The notes below the pieces were generated by a model that worked only from the letters and a program-made list of their open reading frames with translations, was not told the DNA's origin and did no database searches. DNA of 64,000 nt from Phoronis australis (lineage: Eukaryota; Animalia; Phoronida), in assembly GCA_002633005.1 (NCBI GenBank), contig NMRA01000070.1, positions 1,064,474-1,128,473 of the forward strand, given 5' to 3'. Positions within the stretch are counted from its first letter, which is position 1, and every line of letters begins with the position of its first letter. Below, piece by piece: positions 13,613 through 26,925 of the stretch. The position numbers and the translations under genes were made by a program.

Positions 13613-13765
13613 CAGTGACAGATTTAGGGGGGGGGCAAGGGGGCAATGGCTCAGCCTAAAGTTCTCCCAGATTCCATTTGGAAGTTTGGGGGTGCGAATG
13701 CCTGACGAGCAAAATACTTTGCCCCTGCCCCCCTCCCCCAACTCAAAATCCTGGATCCGCCCCTT
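13613..13765. mobile_element. Short MITE-like element (related copies at about 5224-5330 and 19056-19207)
   Basis: Ends CAGTGACAGATTTAGGGG and CCTGGATCCGCCCC. The internal sequence is shared, in reverse orientation, with the other two loci. Confidence 0.65.
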
Positions 13766-14561
13766 CTGTAAGAGATCTAAACAATTCATAAAAAGCTTTC
13801 AAATAATGAAACTGCAAAATGCCAAGTAAAAAGGGTAAAGCCATTGTCAATTCAGGTTTATTTACATGAATCGACAATTACATGAATTTCAGCTGCTCAG
13901 TTTGTTGATAATATAACAATATAAACAGCTACTTCACCAGAGACTTCGACCGCAAACGCAACCCAAAAATAACTTTTTACTCGTGCGACACCTTGCGACC
14001 TCATAGCTTATTACCGGATATAAGCATGCACACGTCGACTTCCTGGTTAAAATTGCCAGCTAACAGCCAATGAAATCCATCGTTCTAGTACCCTGTACCT
14101 GGGCCTTCACAAGCCATCAGTGACGTCAGCTTGTGAGGCCCGGGAACCAGGTTATGGCGCATATTGACATATCTTCAGTTGTGCAGGGGTGCCATTTTAA
14201 ACGGATGAGAAAATAACGTGAATTTTTGCATGTGGATTTCCTGATGAATACCCTTCCCAATGGCCTGTAACAATTTTTTCTCAGACTTACCGCTTTCGAG
14301 TTATTTGACTTTGAATTTCAAAAAAGGCAAAATTTCAATTTTTTCGATAAATCCACGGAATTTTTTAAAACTGACTTGTTAGATAGTCTTTTTATTGGGC
14401 TTTCAGGAAATGTTTTCATTCTTCGCTACGGCGTCTACTTTTTGAATTATTTGAGATTTTCTGATAGCGCTGTTCCTTTGTTGACCGGACTTGCTGCACT
14501 GACTGTTGGTTTAGCTTCCAATGAACAAGACAGTACCCTATTTTTTACTGATTTCAGACAT

Positions 14562-14785
14562 CTTCGCTAGTCATATGAATGCCATTGTTCATAATCGCCA
14601 CCTTCATCATCATAATCATCGTCGTCGTCGCCATCTCCATCGTCGCCTTTTCAGTTAATTTTGCCAAGTGTCGCACATTCGCTAGTCATGGATGTCAATC
14701 ATGTTGTTCATACTCGCCACCTTCATCGTCATAACCGTCATCGTCGTCATCATCTCCATCGTCGTCGTTTCGATTAATTTCGCCC
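14562..14785. repeat. Diverged tandem duplication of about 115 bp, CAT/CGT-rich
   Basis: TTCGCTAGTCAT...TGTTCATA.TCGCCACCTTCATC...TTAATTT.GCC occurs twice. Confidence 0.75.
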
Positions 14786-15979
14786 ACAAGGGTCGCTCCT
14801 CCGAGCGCTCTCGTTATTTTACATTAAAATATATGGTAATACTTGCTAAATTGGAGATTTTTTTTTCAAATATACAATGTAGTTAAAACCGAGCCGAAGA
14901 GCTAGAAGCCTGACTCACTTAGGGTTTAGCCGCTGATACAATGGGACCCCACAGTGTGCCCAATGATCGCTAACATGGTCATTTGTCCTACGCTTATGTA
15001 ACCCCCACTTAATTGAGCATTAACATCGCCCAGACGAAGTCTAGACTGAGGCTAGCCTCAGTCTAACCGCGCATCTGAGCTTAATGGAAAGAACTTTTCG
15101 ATCAGCCCTCTAGCTTTAATTTGCGAAAATCACTACCGACGTTTGGACATTTGGGAAACCAGGCATCACAAGGTATGATTGTGCTGCTTGATGAACTTGG
15201 AATTACGCTTACTATAACATATACTGGGTCAACTTGGACCCAAGTGTTGTTATAAGCCCATAGTGTTTAAATTGTTGTTCGTTATTGGATTGTTGTAATC
15301 AGTGGCAACACAATCACGCATTTCCTCCTTTAACGGAACTAATTTCATAAAGTCGGAGGAATCTGTGAACGATTGATCAATTATTGTTTGGTGAATAAGA
15401 TCGTCAGTTGTTCAGAAAGCCAATAAAGGTTTATTAAAATTTACATTATTTGACGAACACGCGATTTATTTTAGTGCATTGCAATTTTTCTCACCGTGAA
15501 TGTGATTATTTCATCTTGTTCAATGGTGAACTAGTGCAAAACAAAAATCAGAAAGAGCCAATTTTAGTCAATAGCCTTAGGTTGAAATGCAAGAAAAAGG
15601 CACTTTTGGGTGTGAACAACTATTAAGGGGGGGGGTCTTAAACATGCGCGCACCAATGGGGGCTCTGAAGGCTCGAATGAGTCACCTATTTGGCGAAATG
15701 GGCAAAAGGGTCCGCCTCAGAGAAATGAAAACTAGCAAAAAGTAGAAAACGAGACAAAAGTCCACCAAAAAGGCAGGAACTATCAAAAACTGTCGAATGC
15801 ACAAATCATAACTCTTTACGTACATGTATCCAATGATTCTTAGTAAAAAGTCCACATTCTCAAAAATTCCGAGTCCCCCCATTTTATAGGCTGGGTGCAC
15901 GCATGTTAGGTGCCATCTATAGACAGACTTACCGTAGAGCAAGTTACTCCGGGAATGAGTTTTGAAACTTGGTTTGGAG

Positions 15980-16813
15980 CAGTAGCGGATCTAGGATATC
16001 ACAAGGGGGGCCCAACATTTTCCCGGCTGTAAGCATTTGCGCAAACCACGATTGTAGATGCGCAGAGCACCGAATGGAAGGAGGTCGGGAGGGGGGTTTG
16101 CCCCCTTCCCGCCCAGGAAATTTTCCTGTTTTTTCCTCTAAAAATCAAGCATTTTCCTTGATTTCTGATGTATTATCCAAGAAAAAAAGAAAAACAAAAC
16201 ACGGAGAACGTGTCACACAGGAAAAATTGCAAGATTCACAGACTCGAACTCACGACCTGGCTGATAGGACGCGCGTGCTTTACCACTACACCACCACGAC
16301 TTCACTAACAAACAGAAACTAAGAGACCTACTTGTTTATGGTCCACAGCGTTTGCGCGCGAAACCTATTTCTTTTTGTAATGCTTATTACACATTTTATA
16401 TTTTGTGTAATCGGTTCTTAACAAATTTGTTGTATTTAAAATAGTGTTCAAAAGCCCAAAAGACCAAATCCGTTTTTCGTGTTGGCAATAATGACGGGAT
16501 TGCTTTGGAAATCGTCTTAAGTTAAGGTTTGACAAAGAGAGAATTAATGAGTTTCTGAGTGATTCACTTAGGCTNGGAATTGCTGACCAGCACATGCGCA
16601 ACCAGGGAGGCTTGGGGGCTGAATAAATAATGCATAGGCCCTGAACAAATCCAGTTTACCGTTTTTATTTTTTGAGTCAAAAGGTTCGCAATCCCAAAAT
16701 TCGAGACCCCTGCACCCCTACACTTTAGGCTGGGCGAGCGCATCTGCCGAAATTCTGCTTATTCAAGTTCCTGTGCCCTGCCCCCCTAACTCAAAATTCT
16801 GGATCCGCCCCTG
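15980..16813 (+). mobile_element. MITE-like element containing a tRNA-derived segment, copy 1
   Basis: Ends CAGTAGCGGATCTAG and CTGGATCCGCCCCTG. 15980-16575 is the reverse complement of 19772-20354. Confidence 0.75.
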
Positions 16814-18459
16814 CTTTGGCGAGGAATTCCACCTCCTGACATTTGGTCACCGTTAACTTTTTCACCACACGCGCGCTAACCACAAAGTCCTTCAGCTGAG
16901 TCACGTCCTGTTAGGCAAAGGCTAACGCGAGACTGAGCGAATCGCTGTCAAAGCACAAAAATCTTCCTAAATTTCGCTGCGTACTACATGTATATCACAC
17001 ACGAGTCGGGTCAAGATCAAATAGGTTACGGAATAATCTGATGAGTTACGAATGGGCGGCAATTGCCGGTTCATCACGGAAGCGTATGAAATGGTCTGGG
17101 CATAGACAGATGTCTATACATGTAGGTCTGGATAAGTGTGGGGTTATTGATGTCGTGACTTTCCGTGACAAACCGGCAAGTTCCGTGTAGCATATTGACG
17201 GTACGCAGCGGCATTTCGGGGAGATATTTTCCTTTGACCGCGAATTTATTGCGAACTCGGTGGAGTAGGAGACCGTACATGGTATTGCCATTGGGAGAAA
17301 GAACAATTCCTCATGTGTTGTTGAAATCCTGTTTTGTGTTAATTTATCGAGTTTTGTGTTTGCTGTGGACGGCTGAAGTGAAGCGCCCGTGGAATTTCTA
17401 GTCTGGAGTGTAATACCTTGTAGTATTCTATATAGTGTATTGGGGACGGTCAGAAGATGAGGACGCCTGTGGTACTTTGTATTGGGTTTGGAGACGATCA
17501 GAAGCTGAGAACGTCTGTGGAATAATTTGTATACTCCAGACATTGGCACGGAATTCAAAGCACGGGAAATCTGAAGTTCCCTGTCAAAATCCTTCACTAT
17601 TCTGTCACACACACTGGTTTCAAACTGCAGAAAATCTCTAAACAGGTCAAGTGTTCTTCAACGGAAATTTCAAAATGGTGGTATTTAATGAGAGTCATCT
17701 GGTGGAAAGCTTTCTTTAAAAAATAAAATCGCACTGTAATACATCTGCTGGTAATTAAGTTTTCTTTCATGAAAACTGAAAATTTTACTGTCACACATCG
17801 AATGGTATTTTTTAAAAGAAAACTTAGTGTTAATTCAGTAAACGCCCTCCTGTGGGCAAGCCTATAACTGCCCTCATGTGTTCAAGTCTGTGTTTACTCC
17901 TCAAGCATTATGGCTCCAGCACCGTTTTTGTACTGGCCGGCCGGTAGAGAAGGGTTCACTTGGTTATTTTCGTTGGATGGTATTGGATCATTAGTGGCCC
18001 AGAAACGTAAACCGGTTTGCGGTACGCTCGGTAACAATCAACAAATATCCAGTAGTGGGCCAATACTGTCATATTTACTGGGAAGGCATGTACAGTACGT
18101 GGTTTACTCAGGAATTTCGACCGACTCGAAAATGAGGGGAGGATTTTCGGGCCGTTATGCAATATCCATCAGACCTACATGAATAGGGTACACGTAAAGC
18201 CTTAACTAAATTACTAACTGGAGTTTTCTGAGTAACCCAGCTAATAATCTCTCTAAAGTGCGGGGGTAGACCACAATCACGATACACCCCGGAAACGCCC
18301 AGTATACATACAACGCCTCTAATGGACATAAAGGACTAATGCTCCGGCATACTCCTGCATTAACAGTCTTCGTTTTCTCCGACATTTTTCTATCATGTGT
18401 ACACGTCGTTGACGCATTATTATAGCGACTCGTTGAATGAAGGGATTGAGGGTACATAC

Positions 18460-18553
18460 GGAGCTGCTCTGTGACTGGCAGAAGATTCGGTTTGTGTGAC
18501 TGCCCCGTAACCTTTGACCTCGGATAAGTAGTAAACAAACGTCCACACGGTTG
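18460..18553 (+). repeat. Dispersed repeat, copy 2 (see 2430-2525)
   Basis: Direct sequence similarity to copy 1. Confidence 0.7.
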
Positions 18554-19365
18554 GTTTGAGCTCTCCTTGAATACTTTTTATGTGTTTTTCATCGTATTTT
18601 TCACCAAGTTGTATACTTTTATCAAAGAATAGAATAAATCAGCGACAATTGATACATGTTTACCTTTTTTCTTTCGTTTTTTTATTTCGTTTCGGTTAGC
18701 ATTTGTTTAGAACACCAGCACAGAGTAGGAAAAGTAGTTATTTCGTGTCATACCGCTTGATACATGTAACTCCTCTATCACATGTCTGTATCAACACGTA
18801 TGGGTAATAATGAGTAATAGTTGCCGATAAAATTTCAAAACATGGCAGTCTTACCTGAGACCGGGGAAGCGTTCAATAACGCTTGGACCTCCCTTAGCAA
18901 GACTTCCCGAGATTACTCGAGATATTCCCAGCATGTATTTTAAATGAGAGTACTTTATATTGGATAGATTTTTCTTGCCACGAGACAGCCACTGAACTCT
19001 AACCAGCCCTTCGACTGTGAGTAAGACCAGGCCCATTCTCAACTTTAAACGTTTAGACCAGGATTTTGTGTTAGAGGGGGAGGCAGGGCAATGTATTAGC
19101 CAGGGGTTTGACCTTCAGACCTTCTCACCCTCGAACAGCCAAATGGAATCTGGGAGAATTTTAGGGGGGCCATAGCTTCCTTGGTCCCCCTCTAAATCCG
19201 CTTCTGTAGAAGGACATCAATCTACATGTAGTTTTCTACAGAACATGTGCTACTATAAAAATGTGGAGACTCTAAATATCAACACTTCAGGATGTTTCTG
19301 GCCTCACAGGAAAAATGAAAACCTACTGCACTGATTTGATCACAGAACAACAAAAACACTGAACC

Positions 19366-20354
19366 CATAGGCGGATTTAGGGGGGTCCCCTGGCCCCCTT
19401 GGCTACCGCAAAAAAATAAAACAGCAAGAGGGTAGGGAAATGTTGAGCTTATTAATTAACCCCGGTAATTAAAAGTATACGGATGAAACAAGATTTAAAT
19501 GTGTGCATTTTTAGTGTTGGGGGGGCCTCAGATCCAATTTCAAGTGTCAAATTCGGAACACGGCGCAATCGTAACGGAACTATTATAATAGCTAAGTATA
19601 GGATCTCCCGCGATATTCCAGGCGACTGGCAGTGGCGCTGGGCACAACGACTCTGTTTCCGTCGCCTGCTCCACTGTGCAATGAAGAAAATCACTTCATT
19701 TTTTAAAGAAAATGGAATCTGAGAGATGATGAAAAAACAAAAGCTGCTGGTAGGATGTCAATTTTACTCGAAGCCTTAGTGAATCAATCAGAAACTCATA
19801 ATTCTCTCTTTGGCAAACCTTAACTTAAGACGATTTCCAAAGCAATCGCGTCATTATTGCCAACACAACATTTGGTCTTTTGCGCAATTGAAGACTATTT
19901 TTAATATGACAAATTTGTTACGAACTGATTGCACAAAATATAAAACATGTAATAAGCATTACAAAAGAAGGAAGTTTCGCGCAAACGCTGTGAACCATAA
20001 ACAAGTAGGTCTTTTAGTATCAAATTAGGCGTTAAGTGGGGGTGGTGTAGTGTTAAAGCACGTGCGCTATATCAGCCAGGTCGTGAGTTCGAATCTGTGG
20101 ACTTTGCAGTTTTTGTTGTTTGACACTTTCTCCGTGTTTATTTTTTTGCCTTTTTTCTTGGATAATACTTCGGGAATCAAGGAAAATGCTTGATTTTTAG
20201 AGGAAAAACAGAAAATTTTCCTAGGCGGGAGGGGGGCAAACCCCCTCCGACCTCCCCCCATTCGGTGCTACTCGCATCTACAATCGTGCTTTGAGCAAAT
20301 GTTTACAAACAAAATGTTGCCCCCCCCCCTTGTGATATCCTAGATCCGCCACTG
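19366..20354 (-). mobile_element. MITE-like element containing a tRNA-derived segment, copy 2 (inverted)
   Basis: Ends CATAGGCGGATTTAG and CTAGATCCGCCACTG, with GAACC on both flanks. tRNA-like A box (TGGTGTAGTG) and B box (GTTCGAATC) at about 20043-20096. Confidence 0.7.
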
Positions 20355-20426
20355 GAACCTGTGACCAATATTTTATAAGAGCATCTGTGGTGAAACAGTC
20401 GTATTGATATATTTGTTTCAGGTCCA

Positions 20427-21791
20427 ATGGCCCGTAAAGTGGTGGTTGTTGCTGTGGTAAGCATTTTCATTTTATCCGTCACGTCACCTATACATGTATT
20501 GTTCTACGACACACGACATTTGGAAGCAGGAACGCAAATGTTGAGACATGTGATGAAGGGAAATATGCCCAACAACACCAAACAGGTGAATTCTGAAAAT
20601 CGACAATCTCATCGAGAAGTTAACCCAAGAGTAGAGTTAATGGTACGAGTATCGACAGTGAATACAGCTGGTAAGAACCTTATGGGACGGTTGTTCTGTA
20701 TGGTTATGCGAACACTGGTGCTCTATTGGTCTCCTATTTATGGAGACACGATTGTGGTTATCATGGATGATGAAAGCAAACAGGATCACCGTATTGGAGA
20801 AATGTTGAAAAAGGAAAAATTCGACTTTTTCCGACTGGTCGTGCAGTACGAACTCCTTCCAGAGAATCCTGATAAGCTGAAGGCATGCCCTGATCCAAAT
20901 CATCGTGATTTCGGTTATAAAAGACAGCTTTATAGCAGTTTCTTTATGGATAGGTATACATCAAAAGAAATCGTTGGTTGGCTCGATTCTGATGTTGTGT
21001 TCATTAGTCCAGCGATGCCACGTGATGTTATACGGAATGGACGGATCGTAGCTTATGGAACATCCAACAGAATGAAGTATAGTTGGGTTAGACAGTGGTT
21101 TGAAACAGTATTCATAGCAATCGGATATCCTGCTGTGGCGGACTGCATGACATACTTCCCAACATATTTTTGGAGAGACACTTTTACAAACTTTCGCAAC
21201 TTTGCTATGAAGCGATTTAATACCAAGTCGTTCGACGAAGCGTTTTACGAAATTTATGAAACGAATATAATAAGTCCTGTAAACATATTGTGTAACTATG
21301 CTTGGTATTATGAGCACGAAAGGTACGAATGGCATTTGGATTTAGTTGACCCAGCGTTTCTGAAACGTTACCAAGTCAAACATAAAAACATTTTTAACGT
21401 GAAACCTGAAGAAACCACAATGAAACTTAACCATGTCGTTCATTGGGGTCACGCCAATGGGATAACTGTCAAGCCAGGTACAAATTACTTAGAAATCACT
21501 CAAAAGGCATATTGTAAACTATATAAACGGGTCTACGTTAAGGAAAAAAAGGTCTGTGACAAGTTTAAGACCAATGTTTTTGTAGAACAATTTGACTTCA
21601 GTGCGGTTTCATGGTGTAAAGGAAAAGATGGTGAAGAAAAATGTAAGAAGATGATTGAAGATAACGATCGCACGCTGGTCCCGTTCATTAAAAATGGGAC
21701 TTTCCCTTTCAACATCTCACTGGTAAAGAATGTCGAAAAAACAGCCAAGAGTTTCAACATTACGTGTCCAGATTTTGGTTTATACGTGTAG
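20427..21791 (+). CDS. Uncharacterised type II membrane protein, putative GT-A-fold glycosyltransferase (454 aa, single coding exon)
   Basis: Uninterrupted ORF with MARK plus a hydrophobic signal-anchor, a stem, and a hydrophobic strand ending in DxD (IVGWLDSDVV). A splice acceptor TTGTTTCAG ends at 20421, just upstream of the ATG. Confidence 0.8.
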   Translation: MARKVVVVAVVSIFILSVTSPIHVLFYDTRHLEAGTQMLRHVMKGNMPNNTKQVNSENRQSHREVNPRVELMVRVSTVNTAGKNLMGRLFCMVMRTLVLYWSPIYGDTIVVIMDDESKQDHRIGEMLKKEKFDFFRLVVQYELLPENPDKLKACPDPNHRDFGYKRQLYSSFFMDRYTSKEIVGWLDSDVVFISPAMPRDVIRNGRIVAYGTSNRMKYSWVRQWFETVFIAIGYPAVADCMTYFPTYFWRDTFTNFRNFAMKRFNTKSFDEAFYEIYETNIISPVNILCNYAWYYEHERYEWHLDLVDPAFLKRYQVKHKNIFNVKPEETTMKLNHVVHWGHANGITVKPGTNYLEITQKAYCKLYKRVYVKEKKVCDKFKTNVFVEQFDFSAVSWCKGKDGEEKCKKMIEDNDRTLVPFIKNGTFPFNISLVKNVEKTAKSFNITCPDFGLYV

Positions 21792-22342
21792 AAGTATCGG
21801 TGACATGGAAGCGCAGCTGAGCTGAAATTGGAATAAGTGTTTATTCATGCTCAAAAATGATTGGTTGTCGTAGATGTTTTTTACACCTTTTTTCAAAAAC
21901 CGAAAGAAAACAAAATGGGAAAATTCGTTTTGTGTGGCAAGACCAATGGCAACACGGTATTTATGTTTCAAATCCTACTATATGTTTTTGTACTTCAAAC
22001 GTTAGACTCTGTTGGTTGCAAATGAGAACTGGACACATAATCTTAGCAACCAAAAATTTCGTAATGCGAAGTGGTATTTTTCCAACTCAGCAATGTACGT
22101 ATCGAAAAAAAATGAACTTGGAAGCTTGGAGCATCTGTCTTGAGACTCTACCGCTGTAAGTCAATTTGGAATAGAACAGCTGAATTACACATGTAACGTA
22201 ATATAAGTGGATATTCAAACGTCTACATTTGGCAAAATTGTAAGAAATCTGATCATTTCTTCAATATCTTTCTTTAGCTGTAGACCGCTAAAAGCAGAAC
22301 CTCAATCCAGAGTACTTTTCAAAAGACTAAGCAAAGTACTTC

Positions 22343-24177
22343 TGACTCTGACTCTGACTCTAGGCATTGTCCATCCACTGCAGGATGTAGCCCTCCGACA
22401 ATGCCTTCCAAATTTTTCTGTCTCTTGCCGCTCTCATCCATGTTGCGCCTCTCGTCTTCACGATGTCATCTCTCCATCTGGCTTGGGGCCATCCTCTTGA
22501 TCTCTTTTCATATCTAGGTTGCCACTCCGTGCATCTCCTTGTCCATCTGTTGTCCTGTGCTCTGGCGACGTGTCCGACCCACCTCCGAGTCCATTTCAAG
22601 TTCAGAATTGCCTTGATTAAGACCATGACTCCTGTTTGTTCCCTTATCTCTGTGTGTGGAATCCTGTCTAGTAGCTCTATTCCAAGCATTTTTCTCTCCA
22701 TTGCTCTCTGTGTTGTTCTTAGCTTGGCAATTGTCTGTTTTGTTAAGGTCCATGTTTGGCATCCATAGGTGATTGTGGGGATGATGCACTGGTCAAATAC
22801 TTTTCTTTTCAGGGATATGGGTATGTTCTTATCTTGGAAAGTCTCTCTGTTTTTTCCACAGCAACTCCATCTAGCTCTTATTCGGATTTGTATTTCATTG
22901 GTCATACGGTTTCGCATTTGTATAGTTTGTCCCAGGTATTTATATTGTGTGACTCTTTCAATGGTCTTGTTCTCCACCATTAATTGTTCATCTGTTTCAA
23001 AATTTGTCATGTACTTTGTCTTGTCCTTGTGCATCTTTAATCCCACATTGTTGCTTTCTTCATTCAGTATATTTAAATTTGTTTCTAACTGTAGTATATC
23101 TTCTGTGCACAAAGCAACATCATCTGCAAATCTTAAGGTCTGTTAAATGTTCTCCGTCTATGTTTACTCCCCTTTGAAGGTCTGAAGATTTGAAGATTTA
23201 TTCCATTGTCAGTGTAAACAGTTTAGGTGAAATTGGGTCTCCCTGTCTAACTCCTCTCTCTACAGTGTATGTTGAATCTTTCAGAGACGTGGTTGTCGAT
23301 GTGTATTCTGGCGGTGGCATCTGTATGTATATTTTGCAGCAGTTTTACATATGTTTCATTTATGTTGATGTTTTTAGGGCTTCAATGATGGCAAAGTGTT
23401 CAATTGAATCAAAATAAAATTCTTTCCATAGTCTATGAAACCAACACACAGTGGCAGGTTAAATTCGTTACATTTTTCAATTGTTTGTCCAAGGGCTTGC
23501 AGAAGGTCTGTTGTTGAATAGCTCTTTCTAAACCCTGCTTGTTCTCGGGGTTGATTTTCATCCAGTTGTTTCTCCATTCTATTTTGTAATAGCCTTGTGA
23601 ACAGTTTGTATGTATGAGCTAATAAGCTTATGGGTCTATAGTTCTTTATGTCACTTCGGTCTCTTTTTTAAATAATATTATTATTTTTGCTTCTTTCCAG
23701 CATTCTGGTATGTTTTGGGTCCTTAGAATTACATTGAATGCTTTTGTCAAGTGTTTGATTGTTTCTTGTTCTCCTGCCGAAATTATATCGCTTGTAATAT
23801 CATCATTACCTGGTGCTTTTATTTTCTTCATCCTTCTGAGGGTATGTTCTACTTCTTCCTCAGTGAAAGGTGGTACTTGTTCTGTGTCTAGATTCCTGTT
23901 TACCATCTTTTCTGGTGGATTCATCGTTTTCTCATATAGAATTTTGTAGAAATCGGCACATATTTTGAGTATTTCTTCTCTGTTGTTTGTTATTTCTCCG
24001 TTAGAGTTTCGCATTTTTGATATGTTCTTTTTATTTCCTTGCTTGTAGATTTCTTTTGGTCCTTTTCCTCTTTCAATTGTGTCCATTATCATCTTTGTTC
24101 TTTTTCGTCGGCCTTTATTTATCTTCATTTTTTCACTGTTTTGTTAGGTTCACTGTATTCTATTTTTTCTCTTTCTG
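22343..24177 (-). mobile_element. 5'-truncated, frameshifted RTE-clade LINE
   Basis: RT motifs KAPGNDDI, NYRPISLL, EQAGFRK, FIDY, a decayed GVRQGDPISP, FADD, YKYLGQ, WVGHVAR, RSRGWPQARWRDD. (AGAGTC)n tail at 22343-22360. TSD AAGCAAAGTACTTC (22329-22342) / AAGCAAAATACTTC (24178-24191). Confidence 0.95.
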
Positions 24178-25249
24178 AAGCAAAATACTTCACATTTGAA
24201 AAGTACGTCGATTCTTGTACAAAGGGATTAGAAGACCTATCTATTACTCCAATGTTGGTCAGCTATTTATCATTAAAAATGAAATAAGGACTGGGAGATA
24301 TTTCTGGTTTACTTTATGTACGCAATATGGACCATCTTGAGTTCAAGAATCACCAGAACGACGCAAAAACAACCATTCCGAAACTCTGGAATTACTATGG
24401 AATTGTCCAGGCTACATGTGTTCTAATTTGCCTTTCAAACTTTGTAACAGGTCACCAGCCAGAACAAACCCCTCGAAGCTTCTAATTTTTTAGGTCGACT
24501 GTCGGGCCCATTCCTTTATGAAATGTATTGATAAAAACCGCGCGAAATTATCCTCATCAGGCCCCAAACAGTAAGTGTTCACGGGAGTTGGACATTTTCC
24601 CTTCAACCAAAAATTCACCTCTCAAAAGGCGCCGGCACCTTTCCCTCTCCCCTTCTGAAACACCGCCTACTTTGGGTATGAAAAATTTGGTAGCCCCATT
24701 ACATACGAAAACATTCGTGCAAGCAGGGCCTCTTCGAGGAACTGAACAAATTGAATTGTCGCGTAGCTCAGGGTTTTAACCTATAACAGTGAACCAAGTG
24801 TAACAGTGAAGCATTTTGTGAGAATAGTACTTACTTTCTTTTTAAAATACCTGTGTTCTCTGAGACTCGAACCAGCGTTTTCGGTATTGATTGAGCACGT
24901 ACTTGAACCATCTGGGGCAATTGATCAGTGTTGTGACTTTTGATGTGTTGGTTTGTGAGTTTATGGGTAGAGTGGGAGGCTTTAGGTGATTGGTTTGATC
25001 TGCTTGTATTTTTGCCAACTAGAGCCATTGAGCTTGACGTGCTTTACATTCCCGTTCAGTGAGGCGGTTGTGTTATTGCTGCTCTGTACGTTTTTTGTCA
25101 TTTCAGTATAATCAGACTCTTTAAGCGATAAAGAAAGCGAGATGAACTTAGCTGATTCACATAGATTTAGCAGCTGTTTTGGCATCATTATGGCATTGGA
25201 TTATTTTCGCTTGTGTAGAGTAATAATTCAATTTTATTAAGCAGTTTGT

Positions 25250-26925
25250 GTATAAACTTCATAACATGAGGCAAGACTACAATGGTAATAAACTAATTTC
25301 GGATATTACTATTAATGAGACAAGAATAACGTTTATTAATACTTATTGTCCAAATAGGGAATCGCCGTCTTTTTTTGAAAGAACAAAACAAGATATTCAA
25401 GATGTGACAAATTACTCTTATTTGGGCAGGCGATTTTAATCTTGCTCTCGATCAGTCTAACGACACGCTTAATTATCGACAGGTTAATAGCCCGAAGTCA
25501 TGGATTAAGTTGATGGAGATTTGTACAGAATTGTCTATATTGTTGATGTCTGGCGAGAACTAAACCCCAATAGTAAAGAATACACTTAGGGAACTGAGGA
25601 AATATGGGCGACCAATCCGGAGTCGCGTAGAGAAACGTATGAATACAAAAGTAGGCCCTTGAGGCTATAATTAGAGATGAGTAATGCAAAATAAACCCTA
25701 AGGACTGGTCTCATAATAAAGAGACAAGTGTCAAAATAATGACGATAAATGCATTTAACAAGTTAAATTTAATTAAGTCGAAGTTAACTCTATTTGATAA
25801 TTCCTACTGGCGCGACGTACACTCATGTATTTGGAAGTATGAAATCTTTCTATAGGAAAATAATTGTCGCGACTAAAGAAGACTTTTAGAATCAACCTTT
25901 GTGGTTTAACAGTAATTTGGGGATCGGAGGCACAAGTGTTCTTTATAAGTCTAGGTTTGTAAAAGGCTTAAGACTCGTCAGAGATACATGTATGTATAAA
26001 TCTGATGGCGATTCCGTTAGTTTAAACCACATGATAAATGGGTTCGATAAAAAAACCCATTTTGTAGAATATAATGGTGTTGTTTCTGTTCTAAGAAGGT
26101 TTCAAAGAAGTCTATTTCAAAGTAAATTTAAAAGTGTTAATGTCCATTATCCTTGCATGCCTTTAGCAATAGTTCGCTTACGGAAAGATATTCATGGAGG
26201 GTTGTAGACATATTTGGTGTACCTATATATTAAGAATTAACGTTCTAAGTCACAGTGTAAATGGGACGTTGAGTTAGGAGATACTTTAGATTGAAAGAAA
26301 ATATACGCATTGCCTTATGAAATTACAAAGGATCCCAACATTAGATGGTTTCAATTTAAAATATTACATAAGATTATGGCATCAAATACTTTTTTAATCA
26401 AAATCCAAGTTCGGGTTTCTAATTTATGTTCCTTTTGTAACAAAGCTCCAGAGACGCTGGCTGTCACACCTTTTTTGAGAATGTCGCCCTGTACAAGATT
26501 TTTGGAAGGAATTCAGAAAAAAATACTTCAAAAGTGTCTCATTCAGCTTCCCAACTATCTCTCTTACAAATGTGTTATTCTTGGAATTTACGAGGCACAT
26601 GATTTTCTTTTTATTACTAGCCAAACAGTACATTTACAAGGAAAGATGTCAAAAAATATACCTAGTATGCTCAAGTTTGTTACGCATACTTATGAGTGCT
26701 ATCATACTGAAAAATTATTTGCATATAAAAATGTTGTATATGGCAGCTTCTCTGAGAAATAGGAAAATTTTACTATTCACGTTAACACCATGTAGCAGTT
26801 TATTTTATACGAGATATGAGAATGGTCTCAGTCTCCGAGGTGTGCATGCGTGAATGAAGGGATGTACAGTACTTATTTGTTTGTTTGTTTTTTGTACTTG
26901 TATAATAAATATCTGAGAAAAAGTT
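25250..26925 (+). mobile_element. Degraded, internally deleted L1/Tx1-like LINE
   Basis: An endonuclease piece (FINTYCPN, GDFN-like, DVWRELNP) is followed shortly by the C-terminal region (PLWFNSN, FQFKILH, CSFC...ETL..HLF..C). No RT core is visible. Confidence 0.8.

Noticed and set aside
17046-17612. 188-aa minus-strand ORF
   Set aside because: Non-ATG start and no recognisable domain. LYRILQG..TR..FFLP faintly resembles a decayed CR1/L2 3' end.
20038-20101. tRNA-like sequence (also at about 16236-16300 and 49235-49310)
   Set aside because: Has A and B boxes but no complete cloverleaf, and is embedded in repeats, so it is SINE-derived.
24830-25190. Short minus-strand ORFs ending near a GTAAGT
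   Set aside because: Stops and frame changes, with no partner exons or homology recognised.
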